DNA from: Candidatus Poribacteria bacterium
GTDB lineage: Bacteria; Poribacteria; WGA-4E; WGA-3G
Direction: 5' to 3'
Assembly: GCA_022820835.1 (NCBI GenBank)
Contig: JAJEET010000123.1
Coordinates: 3,608 to 67,607, forward strand
DNA: 64,000 nt
The notes under the pieces are model-generated. The model saw nothing but the letters and a program-made list of their open reading frames with translations, searched no databases and had not been told where the DNA came from. Shown here one piece after another: positions 17,493 to 27,874 of this stretch. Position numbers and translations under genes: made by a program. Each line of letters begins with the position of its first letter. Position 1 is the first letter of the stretch.

Positions 17493-18551
17493 ATGGAACT
17501 CGGTTTTTTCACAATGCCTTTGCATCCACCCGGCAGTGACACCACCAAGACGTTAGACGACGACCTTGAGCAGATGATAGTTCTTGATGAACTGGGCTAC
17601 AAAGAAGCGTATGTCGGTGAGCATTTCACGTTTACATGGGAAAACATACCGTCTCCAGACCTGTTTATTGCAAAAGCGGCTGCGATGACAGAGAACATTA
17701 TTTTCGGCACAGGGATTACCTGTATGCCGATCCACAATCCCGCTGTTGTCGCGCATCGCATCGCACAACTCGACCATCAAACGCACGGACGTTTTCATTG
17801 GGGGGTCGGTTCCAGCTCTACACCGAGCGACGCGGAGATGTTCATGGCTGGTGAAGACAGGCGTAGAGCAACACGAGAAGGGATCGATGCCGTCCTCAAA
17901 ATCTGGACAGACCCGGAACCCGGACATTATAAAACTGATTTCTGGGAATTCAAGATCCCCGAGTACCGTCCAAATATTGTGAGCGTCCACATGAAGCCTT
18001 ATCAGAAACCGCATCCCCCAATTGCGTTGGCAGGGTCTTCGGCAAGGTCGGACACGCTAATTTTCGCTGGTGAACGCGGCTGGATTCCGATGAGCATTAA
18101 TCTCGCGCACGTCCCTACTATCAAGACGCACTGGGACGCGGTGGAAGAAGGTGCAGAAAAGACCGGCTTGTCACCATCTCGCTCGACATGGCGCATTGCC
18201 CGTGAAGTTTATGTTGCCGATACTACCGAACAGGCACGCAAAGAGGCACTCGAAGGTACGCTCGGACGTGATTTTAGGGACTATTGGTTTAAGTTGTTTA
18301 GTCCTGCACACTTCAAACCGAATCAAGATATAGAAGACGCAGACATGAGCCTCGAACATCTGTTAGATACCTTATGGATCGTTGGTAGTCCGGATCATGT
18401 TGCAAACCGTCTGCGCGAACTTTACGATGAAGTCGGCGGCTTTGGCGTCTTACTCGCCATGGGACACGAATGGGATCCCAAAGAGCAGTGGTTGAACTCC
18501 ATGACACTCCTCAAGAACGAAGTAATGCCACAACTCGAAGATTTGACTTAA
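17493..18551 (+). CDS. LLM-class (luciferase-like) flavin-dependent oxidoreductase
   Basis: The N-terminus is MELGFFTMPLHPPG..EAYVGEHF. The ATG at 17493 lies 7 nt after AAAGGAG. Confidence 0.85.
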   Translation: MELGFFTMPLHPPGSDTTKTLDDDLEQMIVLDELGYKEAYVGEHFTFTWENIPSPDLFIAKAAAMTENIIFGTGITCMPIHNPAVVAHRIAQLDHQTHGRFHWGVGSSSTPSDAEMFMAGEDRRRATREGIDAVLKIWTDPEPGHYKTDFWEFKIPEYRPNIVSVHMKPYQKPHPPIALAGSSARSDTLIFAGERGWIPMSINLAHVPTIKTHWDAVEEGAEKTGLSPSRSTWRIAREVYVADTTEQARKEALEGTLGRDFRDYWFKLFSPAHFKPNQDIEDADMSLEHLLDTLWIVGSPDHVANRLRELYDEVGGFGVLLAMGHEWDPKEQWLNSMTLLKNEVMPQLEDLT

Positions 18552-18955
18552 AAGTAATAGGCACGCGCCGTATGCCGTAACACAGAAAACGAGGAACAAT
18601 CTTGTGAATCCCCTCATGGCAGGTGCAGCAGAGACTGTGATTACCACTATAAAGGACAGACCCAAAGTTTATGCCGAGTTGTATGCACGCGCGCTGGTGC
18701 TTGCAAAGATGGCACATGTGGCGCAACTCCGAAAGAAGCCACTGTTCCTCCGTCTTTGTAGGTTGTGCATGGAACTTAAATGTCATTTTCATTGGACTCG
18801 TATTTTAACTGATTACAACAGTTTACAACGGTCGGTCAGCGGCAAGATTGCACTCGCGTGCAGGTTGTAAGCTGCCGACACACGATAGTATTATTCTACA
18901 TTTTTAACACTTTTTTCAAGCAAAAGGAGGCGGTGTTTCTACACCGAAGATTTTG

Positions 18956-20104
18956 ATGAATTCGAAAATTTTTAGGTTAACACTATGCATATTACTCGTC
19001 CTCTCAGTCGCTTACCTTTCTGCGGAAGAGAAAACCGAAGATGTCGGAATAGCTGAAGAACCAATGCCTATACTTAAAGTGGGTTTGATTCATCCGTTGC
19101 TCAATTACGCGACTTTTGGCGATGGTGCGAAACTCGCCTTAGCCGAAATCAACGAGGCAGGCGGGGTTCTTGGGAGACAGGTAGAACTTATCTATAAAGT
19201 AGAGACAGGAAACATTGCTGATTCTGCAAAAGAATTAGCTGAAAAAGAAAATGTTGTCGCTATATTAGGTCCGATGTTTTCGAGTAGTGCTGTTAAAGTT
19301 GGACCGATCACCAATATCCCTGTGATTGTGGGGGCAACAGGTGCGGATGTGACGAATACGGGTAATGATCCAAGAGATTTTCTGTTTCTGGTGGCGAATT
19401 CAAATGCGTTGCAAGCAAAAGTGATGGCAGGTTTTGTGGCGAAAGACCTCGGCAAGAAAACTGCAGCGATGATTTGGCAGAACGGGGATGTCTACTCTAA
19501 AGGGTTCGTTAACGCATTTGATGCAAATTTCAAGGAACTTGGCGGTCGCATTGTTGCCAATCAAATCTATGAACAAGGTGATACAATGTTTGATGGACAA
19601 CTTGGGATCATCAAAGAGGCAAACCCTGATGTTCTGCTTTTGGCAAGTTTCCCGCCAGAGAGCCCAGTGATAGTGAAGCAGGCACGGGAGATGGGCATTA
19701 AGGCCACCTTTATCGGCAGCGATGGTTGGGATGATTCGTTGATGTTAGACATTTTAGAGGATAACACGCCTCTCGAAAATTCCTACTATTGTAGTATCTC
19801 GGATGAACTTGCTGCAGGTTTTACTGCTGCTTATGAAACAATGTTTAAAGATCAACCTATTGGTATTGCTCCGTTAGGTTACGATGCAATGAAGCTATTG
19901 GCAATAGCGATTGAAAACGCGCAATCAACCGACCCCGTAATGATTCGGGATGCGGTTGCTGCTATCACTGACTACCAAGGGGCAACAACTATTTCCGGCT
20001 TTGATGGGAACCGTCATCCTATTAAACCTGCTGCGGGTATCCGCGTGTTGAAAATTGTTGACGGTCAACCGCAGCAATATACTGTTGTGAAAGCGAGTGA
20101 GTAA
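18956..20104 (+). CDS. ABC transporter substrate-binding protein, type-1 PBP (paralog of 16065..17243)
   Basis: It has a signal peptide and KVGLIHP..GAKLALAEINEAGGVLGRQVEL. It is collinear with the other SBP through to the C-terminal GATTISGFDGNRHP. Confidence 0.8.
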   Translation: MNSKIFRLTLCILLVLSVAYLSAEEKTEDVGIAEEPMPILKVGLIHPLLNYATFGDGAKLALAEINEAGGVLGRQVELIYKVETGNIADSAKELAEKENVVAILGPMFSSSAVKVGPITNIPVIVGATGADVTNTGNDPRDFLFLVANSNALQAKVMAGFVAKDLGKKTAAMIWQNGDVYSKGFVNAFDANFKELGGRIVANQIYEQGDTMFDGQLGIIKEANPDVLLLASFPPESPVIVKQAREMGIKATFIGSDGWDDSLMLDILEDNTPLENSYYCSISDELAAGFTAAYETMFKDQPIGIAPLGYDAMKLLAIAIENAQSTDPVMIRDAVAAITDYQGATTISGFDGNRHPIKPAAGIRVLKIVDGQPQQYTVVKASE

Positions 20105-20207
20105 GTCCAAGGGATTTAGTTTTGGATAAATTATTGGATTTCATAGATGCGGTTAGGAAACCGTGAAGAAATCCGCAGGAATACGCAAAAACACCCCAAA
20201 CAAAACT

Positions 20208-22415
20208 CTACTGAGCTTGGGGATTAACGACTGCTTGTGGCGTGAGGAGTAAGGTCATGCGACGCTCTGCAGTGAGGTATCGGTTGACGACGTTGCTAAC
20301 ATCAGTCGCAGAAACATTCGCGAAGGCACTTGCAAGGTGCGATAAGTTGCTTCCGTACTGGTATTCTATTGTCCCCCAACTGACACCGAGCTGCAGGAAC
20401 ATCAGATTCTCTGGCACATTCTCAGGTTTATATTGCATGAGTGTCTTCATGTCCGGCGGTGCACTGAATTCCATCGAAAGGCCCTGCGCGATCATAGGGA
20501 CCTGAGTGTTGTTCTCCGGTTCCTTTAACGGGTTCATCAATTGTCGAATCCGCTGCTTCACCTTTTCTATATCTGCGTCTGGTTTGAGTGAAGCAGTGAT
20601 GTATAAGTATATCTCTTCAGGTGTAAGGAGGTCAACACCGCAGAAAATCCCGCCTGTCCATTCTTTTAATAGGGTATCCTGTATACACGCTAACCGTAAA
20701 AGCACACTCGCTATATAGAGTGCAGGGTAGTCTTCGTTTTCAGGACGAGGGACCGGGTAGGTTTCCATGTAATGCGTTACATTGATATCCCAAGTAGCGT
20801 TTTGATCTTTCGCTATTTCTGGCGGGACCGTTGGTCGGGGAAGCGTTTTCTCGGTTAAGCTGATAGCTCCGAATTGTTTTTCCATTGTGTCTTTCAGGGT
20901 TTCAGGATCAACGCCGCCAATGACACATAAAAGGACGCGATCTGCTTGGACCAGATGTTGATCGCGATATTCTTGGAGTTCACTGAGTTGCGCCGATTGA
21001 ATGTCCTTGCGCATTGCTATATCGGTTTCACCATGCCGAAAGACTTGGTTCCACGCAACCTGTGCCAACTTATGTGTTGCCAAGTTCGCTTCAATAGAGT
21101 CAAATTGCGATAACACTCTCGGACGTTCCTCAGTAAGCGTTTCTGCAGAAAACGGAAGTCCTGAAAGCCATTTAGCGTGTTGTTCCAAACCTCGCGTCCA
21201 TGTATCCGTATTACCCATGAAATCCAAGCGTATATTATCAACCATTGTCTCTGCGTTACTTGTTCTGAAATCAATAGGACCTGCGGTTCGGACTGTCAGA
21301 TGATTAATGAGATGGCTCCAATATGGCTTTGCTTTCCCATCGGTGCCGAGTCCAAGGGGCAAGTAACTGAAGATACCGACATCCGTGGAATTTTCGACAT
21401 GGAGATTAACAACCCGGATACCGTTGCTTAACGTAAAGCGTGTCACTTCAGGGACGGTATTAGAAGTGAAAATATTAGGGAAACCCTCTGATGCGGTAGG
21501 TACTGAGACCTCCTCAGAAACCTGTGAGCCGGTGCTGCTGTTTTTACCGGGGGTGGCAGCCCGTCCGATTTGATTGCGTACATCCGGTTTTGCGACGGTC
21601 TCAAGAACCACAGGTGCCTCAATGATTTCAATAGTGGGTTCGGATTGTGCCTCGAAACTATACGGTCTCTGAAATCTGGAAAGATATTGATGACTCACAC
21701 CGAGCAGCAATATAACTAAAACTGTTGCCGTCCCAAGAGCCATCCATGGCAACAACGGTTTTCCGGTTGGCGGCGATACAGGTTTTATGTCAGCAACTTG
21801 CCGCATGATGTCCTCAAGTAGGTTACCAGACAATTGCCAACCGCCAAGCGTTTCGTTAATCAAGCGTTCATCTGATGCTTGTAAACGCTCTCGCGCCCGC
21901 TGGAGCCGACTCGTAATCGTGTTCACCGATACACCCAGAAATTTGCCAATTTCTTTTGTGGTCATTTCGCCAAGATAGTAAAGCGTTACCACTGTGCGTT
22001 CGCTCTCTGGCAATTTTTCCAGAAGTTGTTTGACAAGTTCATGACGACGTTCACCTGCTTCTCTCTCGCGCTGTTCCAAGATATAACGTTCATAGGTCAG
22101 TTTATCTATAGCTTTCACAGATGAATCTCCCAGCGATTGCATTGCAGGTCTCTTCTTTCGGAGCCAATCGGTGCATAGATTATTTGTGATGACATACAGC
22201 CACCCCGCAAACTGACTGCGATTCTTGAGGGTCGGGAGTTTCTCATAAGCCTGAAGGAAGGTGTCTTGCGTAATCTCCTCAGCATAATGAAAATCGCCGA
22301 TCTTCCGCCACGCAAGGGCGTGAACACTCTTTTGGTATTTCCGAACCAAGGTGCTGAACGCCTCGTCGTCGCCAGATAAGATGTTGTGAATCAACTGAAC
22401 GTCATCTCTCTCCAT
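20208..22415 (-). CDS. ECF sigma factor fused via one TM helix to an M16 (insulinase)-like domain that has lost the catalytic Glu
   Basis: Sigma70 region 2 (DDEAFSTLVRKYQKSVHALAWRK..WLYVITNNLCTDWLRKK) and region 4 (LPESERTVVTLYYLGEMTTKEIGKFLGVSVNTITSRLQRARERL) are present, followed by a TM helix LLPWMALGTATVLVILLLGV. The C-terminal ~490 aa are paralogous to the next gene but read HLINH where that gene has HLIEH. Confidence 0.8.
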   Translation of the reverse strand: MERDDVQLIHNILSGDDEAFSTLVRKYQKSVHALAWRKIGDFHYAEEITQDTFLQAYEKLPTLKNRSQFAGWLYVITNNLCTDWLRKKRPAMQSLGDSSVKAIDKLTYERYILEQREREAGERRHELVKQLLEKLPESERTVVTLYYLGEMTTKEIGKFLGVSVNTITSRLQRARERLQASDERLINETLGGWQLSGNLLEDIMRQVADIKPVSPPTGKPLLPWMALGTATVLVILLLGVSHQYLSRFQRPYSFEAQSEPTIEIIEAPVVLETVAKPDVRNQIGRAATPGKNSSTGSQVSEEVSVPTASEGFPNIFTSNTVPEVTRFTLSNGIRVVNLHVENSTDVGIFSYLPLGLGTDGKAKPYWSHLINHLTVRTAGPIDFRTSNAETMVDNIRLDFMGNTDTWTRGLEQHAKWLSGLPFSAETLTEERPRVLSQFDSIEANLATHKLAQVAWNQVFRHGETDIAMRKDIQSAQLSELQEYRDQHLVQADRVLLCVIGGVDPETLKDTMEKQFGAISLTEKTLPRPTVPPEIAKDQNATWDINVTHYMETYPVPRPENEDYPALYIASVLLRLACIQDTLLKEWTGGIFCGVDLLTPEEIYLYITASLKPDADIEKVKQRIRQLMNPLKEPENNTQVPMIAQGLSMEFSAPPDMKTLMQYKPENVPENLMFLQLGVSWGTIEYQYGSNLSHLASAFANVSATDVSNVVNRYLTAERRMTLLLTPQAVVNPQAQ

Positions 22416-22481
22416 TAGAACTCTCCATAATGCATCAACACAAACGATTGGATTTCTGCTAATACTTCATACCATTCCGAT

Positions 22482-24539
22482 TCATTTCGGTTCCTGAAAT
22501 AGCGATGCCTCAAGTTCAGCGTTCAATGTAATACGTGTTATCCGGCTTACACTAAAGAGCTGACCGTCTATGTTCTGCACAGCATGATACGCGACTTTAA
22601 CGCCATCAACATCGCGGTAATCACTCAAAAGCGTTTCCCGATTAACAGTAATACCTTGAGAGGAATCAGGATAGGCAATTTTCACGATATAATGTGTATC
22701 CTCGCTCACAAAGAGTTTCATCATCTCGCCAGATGGCTGCGGGATCAGCAGAATAGACGCAGGTTTATCTTGTACGTCTTCTGTGCCAGCATACTGGATC
22801 GGAATGTCGTTTTGTGAGAGGTTCGTCAGGAGCCACAACGACTCTCGGAAAACCGCATCTTTGAAGGTATTAGCCATCTGTGGTGGTATCGGTTGAACCC
22901 CGATTGGCATCAACACGAATCCAGAAGTGCCATCAAAGACGTAAGCCGTTTCGCCTTGCGGCATCTTCAAATCTTGTCTAAATTTGTCAGGGTAGACGTA
23001 GTATGATGTGCCTTCTATTTGCGGTCCTGTGGGTGAATTGGCGGTTGCGTGCCCCGCCATGACGATGTTCTTGACTGCTTGCAGTTTCTCAAGCCCACCG
23101 TGTGCTGCAACTGCTGCAGCGAGGATTTCTTTGGCTTTCGCCATGTCTGCTTCACTCGCTTCCGGCATCGGCTCCGCAGGCGGCGGTTCCGGTTGCTTTA
23201 TCTCAACTTCGTTAACCGCGCCGAATTCATCAAGAAACGCATCACCTGGTGCAAGAACTAACGTCATCCGCGCCTCTTCGGTTAAATATCGATTGACAAC
23301 ATCGGCAACATCATCCGCGGAAACATTGGCAAGCGCGCTTGCAAATTCTGGTAAGGTATCACCATGTTGATATTCAAGCAATCCCCACTGTAACCCCAGG
23401 TTTCCGAGCATCATAGTTTCTGTCATACCCGCAGGTTTGTGCTGCTGCATTACCATCTCTATATCCATGGGTGCACTGAATTGCTGGGAGAGCACTGGAG
23501 CAGTCATGGCAACCTGCCAATTGTTCTCTGGCTGTTTTAGTTGGTTTATCAGATGTTTGATGCGTTGTTTAACCTTTTCTATATCTGAATCCGGCTTGAG
23601 TGCCGTGGTGATGTATAGATATGTCTGTTCAGGCGTGATGAGATCTACACCGGAAAAAATGCTACCTGTCAACTGCTTTAGTTCCGAATCCATCATGAGT
23701 GCCTGATTCAAAAGAACATTCGCCACGAAAAAAGCAGGATAGTTTTTATATCTTGGGTCAGGAATCGGGTATGTTTCCATATAATGCGTTACGTTCACAT
23801 CCCAAGTCGCGCGCCGATTTTTTTCCGCTGCGGGTATTGTTGCACTCGGTAGCGTGTTAGCGGTTAATTTAATTTGCCCGAGCTGTTCTTCCATTGCTGA
23901 TTGCAACGCTTCGGGTTCAATTCCACCGATGACACATAAGAGTACACGATCTGCGTGGACCAAGTGGTGGTTTCTATACGCTTGGAGTTCACTCAACTCG
24001 GCGGTTTCAATCGCCCCGCGCATCGCTATATCGGTCTCACCATGCCGAAAAGCTTGATTCCACGCTGCCATTGCGAAGAGCCCAGTATGCAGATTATTGG
24101 TAACAAAATCGAGTTCGCTCAAGGCTTTGGGCAATTCTTCGGCTAAATCTGTCTCTGAAAGCGGTGAATTAGACAGCCATTTGGTTTGCAATTCTAAACC
24201 TCGCTTCCAATTGTCCGTTGTCCCTATAAAGTCCAGATGCATCCCATGGTGCGTTGTTTGTCCGTTACGTTCTACATAGTTCTTAATGGGACCCGTAGTT
24301 CGTAATACCAAATGCTCAATCAGATGGCTCCACTGTGTCTTTGCTTTTCCATCGGTAACAAGTCCGAGGGGCAGGTAACTGAAAATACATACATCTGTGG
24401 AATCTTCAACGTAGAGACTGACAACTTGGATGCCGTTGCTTAATGTAAAGCGTGTCACTTCGGGGGGCGCAGCAGAAGCGAAAGAAAAATTGCCAAGGAT
24501 GAATAACACCACAATGGTGTGTCGAATTTTGTTGATCAT
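22482..24539 (-). CDS. Secreted M16-family zinc peptidase-like protein (HxxEH intact) with C-terminal LolA/lipoprotein-sorting-like domain
   Basis: The signal peptide is MINKIRHTIVVLFILGNFSFASA and the RBS is GGAGG. The inverted zincin motif HLIEH lies at 24312..24326. The C-terminal ~210 aa (..YVYPDKFRQDL..FVSEDTHYIVKIAY..DGVKVAYH..) look like LolA-fold domains. Confidence 0.7.
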   Translation of the reverse strand: MINKIRHTIVVLFILGNFSFASAAPPEVTRFTLSNGIQVVSLYVEDSTDVCIFSYLPLGLVTDGKAKTQWSHLIEHLVLRTTGPIKNYVERNGQTTHHGMHLDFIGTTDNWKRGLELQTKWLSNSPLSETDLAEELPKALSELDFVTNNLHTGLFAMAAWNQAFRHGETDIAMRGAIETAELSELQAYRNHHLVHADRVLLCVIGGIEPEALQSAMEEQLGQIKLTANTLPSATIPAAEKNRRATWDVNVTHYMETYPIPDPRYKNYPAFFVANVLLNQALMMDSELKQLTGSIFSGVDLITPEQTYLYITTALKPDSDIEKVKQRIKHLINQLKQPENNWQVAMTAPVLSQQFSAPMDIEMVMQQHKPAGMTETMMLGNLGLQWGLLEYQHGDTLPEFASALANVSADDVADVVNRYLTEEARMTLVLAPGDAFLDEFGAVNEVEIKQPEPPPAEPMPEASEADMAKAKEILAAAVAAHGGLEKLQAVKNIVMAGHATANSPTGPQIEGTSYYVYPDKFRQDLKMPQGETAYVFDGTSGFVLMPIGVQPIPPQMANTFKDAVFRESLWLLTNLSQNDIPIQYAGTEDVQDKPASILLIPQPSGEMMKLFVSEDTHYIVKIAYPDSSQGITVNRETLLSDYRDVDGVKVAYHAVQNIDGQLFSVSRITRITLNAELEASLFQEPK

Positions 24540-24720
24540 CTTTTACCTCCAAATGTTAGGTCTTCAGACATTGAACGAAAATCGATAAAACGAAACGATT
24601 GTTTTATCGCTTGATTTCTTAAGACGTAATTTGGGTGCAAAAAACGTGCATAATCTGAAAAAAAATGAAAATTTTGGGTTAGATTTGGCAATAGGAGAGA
24701 TCGGAGACGAGATATTTTGC

Positions 24721-25479
24721 TTAAAAATAAGTTTCTAACTTCGCACGCGCGTTTAAGACACCTTCAACGATCAGTTGCGGTGTCTCCACATTCAATCCCA
24801 AATAGATGAGCATGATTTCTTCGGTATAGCCGACACGGTTTATCTCCTGACAAATGGCAGGGAAATCCATCTCCGGTCCCCAGAACGGTTCACTGCCTGT
24901 CCGTGAATCGACACCGCAGTTGAAATAGACATTGCACAACCGATCCGACAAGGTTCGTAAGGCAACAACCGGATCGTCTCCGGCGCGATGAAAATGGTAG
25001 GGACTGTAGTAAAAGCCGAAATTATCAGCAGGGATCGCATTGAGAATCTGCTGCGTGCGTTCAAGGTTGTAGGCGAGACTCCCTTCGTGCGCGTAGAGCG
25101 TAAGCGCCAGATTGCGTGCTGCTGCCTCTGCTGTGATTGTTTTGAGATGACTAACAATCGTGTCAACCTCACGAGCAGTGGCGGTTTCATTGCCACCACT
25201 CGCGATGCTGACGATTGGAACGGAAAGCCTTTGTGCAGTATCGAGAATCGAGATTAACGCTTCGATGCCACCTGGCGCGTCAACCGCCACCGTACTTAGC
25301 AAAGATTTGAAACGGATGCCGGTCTCTTCACGAAGTTCAGCGATAGTCTCGACCGCTAAATCCGAAAAATGGGGTTGCGCGAGTTCAACCGCAGACACAC
25401 CACCTTCGGATAACTCGCTCACAAATTCCGTCAAATCAAAAGCAGAAAATGGAAGTGTACTCGCACAATAGGTTCTCAT
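24721..25479 (-). CDS. Sugar phosphate isomerase/epimerase (xylose isomerase-like TIM barrel) family protein
   Basis: 252 aa. The general pattern matches AP_endonuc_2/TIM-barrel proteins (..VELAQPHF.., ..LTLYAHEGSLAYN..). This is a weaker match than the two paralog-type genes nearby. Confidence 0.6.
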   Translation of the reverse strand: MRTYCASTLPFSAFDLTEFVSELSEGGVSAVELAQPHFSDLAVETIAELREETGIRFKSLLSTVAVDAPGGIEALISILDTAQRLSVPIVSIASGGNETATAREVDTIVSHLKTITAEAAARNLALTLYAHEGSLAYNLERTQQILNAIPADNFGFYYSPYHFHRAGDDPVVALRTLSDRLCNVYFNCGVDSRTGSEPFWGPEMDFPAICQEINRVGYTEEIMLIYLGLNVETPQLIVEGVLNARAKLETYF

Positions 25480-25572
25480 AATTCTTACCCCATAGGTCGA
25501 TTTAGTGATTTTTCACATAGATATAACTGCCGCTTCTCTTGCTAACCGCTGATGGAAACCGACGACTGACTG

Positions 25573-26349
25573 CTATTTACCCATTTCCTTGAGTGCCTTC
25601 AGACAGCGTTCAACAGCCTCAAGTGGCGGGTAGGCATCGCTTTCGTATTCAACGATGTACCATTCTGTGCCACCGGTCGTCTCGCAGATACGGAAGATCT
25701 CATCCCATGGCACACTGTCTTCACCTATAATCGGACGAAAACCGGCGTGTCTGTCCGTCTCACCTATTGATTCGGTGTAAGGCTTGAGATGAACTGTGCC
25801 AGCGCGTCCGGGGTATCTCTCCAGAATGTCGACGAGATCGGCACCACCAGATAGCGCATTGCCCATATCCAGCTGCATCACAACGCCTTCGTTCGTGTTT
25901 CCAAAGAAGGTATCCCACTGAATTTCGCCATCCATAGGTGAAAATTCGGCGTGGTGATTATGATATCCGGTTACCATGCCGTGCGGTTCGAGTTTGTCGG
26001 CGATCCCATTGAAGACATCTGCCAACTTCAACCAATCTGCTCTTGACTGACGCAGTTCACCCGGTATACCGGGGACGATGATATAACGGTTCTCCAGGAC
26101 CTTGTTGAATTCAATCGTTTCGGCGAGTGTATCTTCTTGCACGAGATTGAACGGCGTGTGCCAGCCACAGCAGACCAGACCGAACTCGTCAAGATAGCCT
26201 CTTAATTCTTCGGCAGGATGTTGCGGGGGACCAGCAAACTCAACGCCTTCGTAACCCATCTCCGCGACCGCTTTGATCGTGCCTCGGGCATCCTCTGCTA
26301 ACTCATTTCGGACAGAAAATAGTTCTAAACCAATTGGTACTCTTGACAT
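25573..26349 (-). CDS. Sugar phosphate isomerase/epimerase (xylose isomerase-like TIM barrel)
   Basis: The sequence IGLELFSVRNEL..GYEGVEF..GYHNHHAEF..LDMGN..VHLKP is the typical metal-binding pattern of the family. Confidence 0.8.
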   Translation of the reverse strand: MSRVPIGLELFSVRNELAEDARGTIKAVAEMGYEGVEFAGPPQHPAEELRGYLDEFGLVCCGWHTPFNLVQEDTLAETIEFNKVLENRYIIVPGIPGELRQSRADWLKLADVFNGIADKLEPHGMVTGYHNHHAEFSPMDGEIQWDTFFGNTNEGVVMQLDMGNALSGGADLVDILERYPGRAGTVHLKPYTESIGETDRHAGFRPIIGEDSVPWDEIFRICETTGGTEWYIVEYESDAYPPLEAVERCLKALKEMGK

Positions 26350-26452
26350 AATTTTCCTTTCATGTTTTTTGTTTGAAGCAGAGATATTCTCTGCCTAAAA
26401 ATGTAACCCACAAAGAGGCGATAGGTTACAAAGTCCTGCAATTTCGTAATGC

Positions 26453-27874
26453 TTATCGTGCAGTATAATTGGGCGCGAGGGGACAGGTTCGATGCATCGC
26501 CAACAATGCCACTCGTGCCAAACCGTGAATCAAGAACGCCGCGCCCATCTGTGATTCATACCAATCAATCGCAGATGCCCCGTACGGCAGCGTTTCTGGA
26601 AAATAGACTTTTAACACTGTCTCCGCAAGTTCAATGCCACTTTCCAACCACACCGATTCACCGGTGATGTCGTAGAGATCCGCAAACAATTCAAGCGTAA
26701 GACCCGCATCCGATGCTGGAATCTTGAACGCCTCCGCGTGAACTTGGTCAACCGGAAACTTCTCATCAAGATATGTCCTGCCAACGCCGCGCGCGTATTC
26801 CATCAATCTTTCATTCTGCGTCAATCGCCATCCTGCAAGACATAGCACCCCTGTGCTGCACACAGTTCCTGAACCGTAGACGCTGCCCCAAGAGGACATA
26901 CGTTCGACAATCCGATCCGTCTCACATTCGCATAAACTGATAAACTCGCGAGTCTCAAGATTGTGCGGGGCAGCGAGGAATCCGTCAATGTAAACCGAGC
27001 CGTATTGCCGCATCTGGGCTGCCAATTCAGGTAGGCGCGATTCTATCAACGTTGCAGATTCAAGTAGACTCATTCCCAATGAGAATGTCTGTGTGGGAGC
27101 ATTTACCTCAAAAAACCGTTCCGCCTCTCTGGGTGAACGACTTTCGATCTGCAAAAGCCCACGAGCATCCCGTTTTTCCCACCAGTAATCGGTATAGTTC
27201 TGAATCTGCTGAAGGGTTTCTGGACGTTGGTCTTGCGTATATGCGAACACCAAATCCAAAATATAAAAGCCTGAATGGCGCGGAAAATCACACGAGCGCC
27301 CCCCGCGAGCGAGGTGTGCTTCTGTCTCAATGTTCGCGTGGCGGATGTATTCGAGTCCGTCACCCTCTGTCCAATGGTAATCCAACCCATCGGCGAAACT
27401 TTGTACGCACGCGGGGTTAAACATATTCAGTTTTTGCCAGAGCCACAACGGAACTTGACGAAGATGGTCGTGAATAGCGGTACCACCTGCTGGATTCCGC
27501 GAACATCCAACCCGCTCTTCAATCAACTGCCAAAACGAATGCTCGCCCCAAGGGAACAGACCCGTCGTCGTATCCGTACAATTCTGAGCAAAATGCTCCA
27601 AATATCGATCTACGGCTTCGGTATATTCCGGTTTCGATTCAGTTGCAGCAAGCACGTTCATCGTGGAAAGCAACGGTTCATCGTGAATCAAGTTCGTACC
27701 GAGATGTGCGCGATCGCCATCCCTTTGCCCCGGAATCTTAGGCGGTTTCTCTGTTAGCATCTCACCCGTCCGGGCATGTAAAATGGATGGGAATAACCCT
27801 TTATATCGCACGCTACTTTCGATCATCAAATCAACGGCGTTGCATATTTTAGCGATAATCAATTCGGGGTTCAT
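26453..27874 (-). CDS. Hypothetical cytoplasmic protein (helical, W-rich; possibly an alpha/alpha-toroid enzyme)
   Basis: 473-aa uninterrupted ORF with GGAGG 13 nt upstream and no signal peptide. No family recognised. Confidence 0.6.
   Translation of the reverse strand: MNPELIIAKICNAVDLMIESSVRYKGLFPSILHARTGEMLTEKPPKIPGQRDGDRAHLGTNLIHDEPLLSTMNVLAATESKPEYTEAVDRYLEHFAQNCTDTTTGLFPWGEHSFWQLIEERVGCSRNPAGGTAIHDHLRQVPLWLWQKLNMFNPACVQSFADGLDYHWTEGDGLEYIRHANIETEAHLARGGRSCDFPRHSGFYILDLVFAYTQDQRPETLQQIQNYTDYWWEKRDARGLLQIESRSPREAERFFEVNAPTQTFSLGMSLLESATLIESRLPELAAQMRQYGSVYIDGFLAAPHNLETREFISLCECETDRIVERMSSWGSVYGSGTVCSTGVLCLAGWRLTQNERLMEYARGVGRTYLDEKFPVDQVHAEAFKIPASDAGLTLELFADLYDITGESVWLESGIELAETVLKVYFPETLPYGASAIDWYESQMGAAFLIHGLARVALLAMHRTCPLAPNYTAR

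Noticed and set aside
24583-24609. Hairpin cgataaaac-(9 nt)-gttttatcg followed on the minus strand by ATTTTCGTT, as an intrinsic terminator after the isomerase gene.
   Set aside because: The stem is AT-rich, the loop is 9 nt and the U-tract is interrupted. It would also leave only ~40 nt for a promoter of the M16/sigma operon. This is too weak to call.
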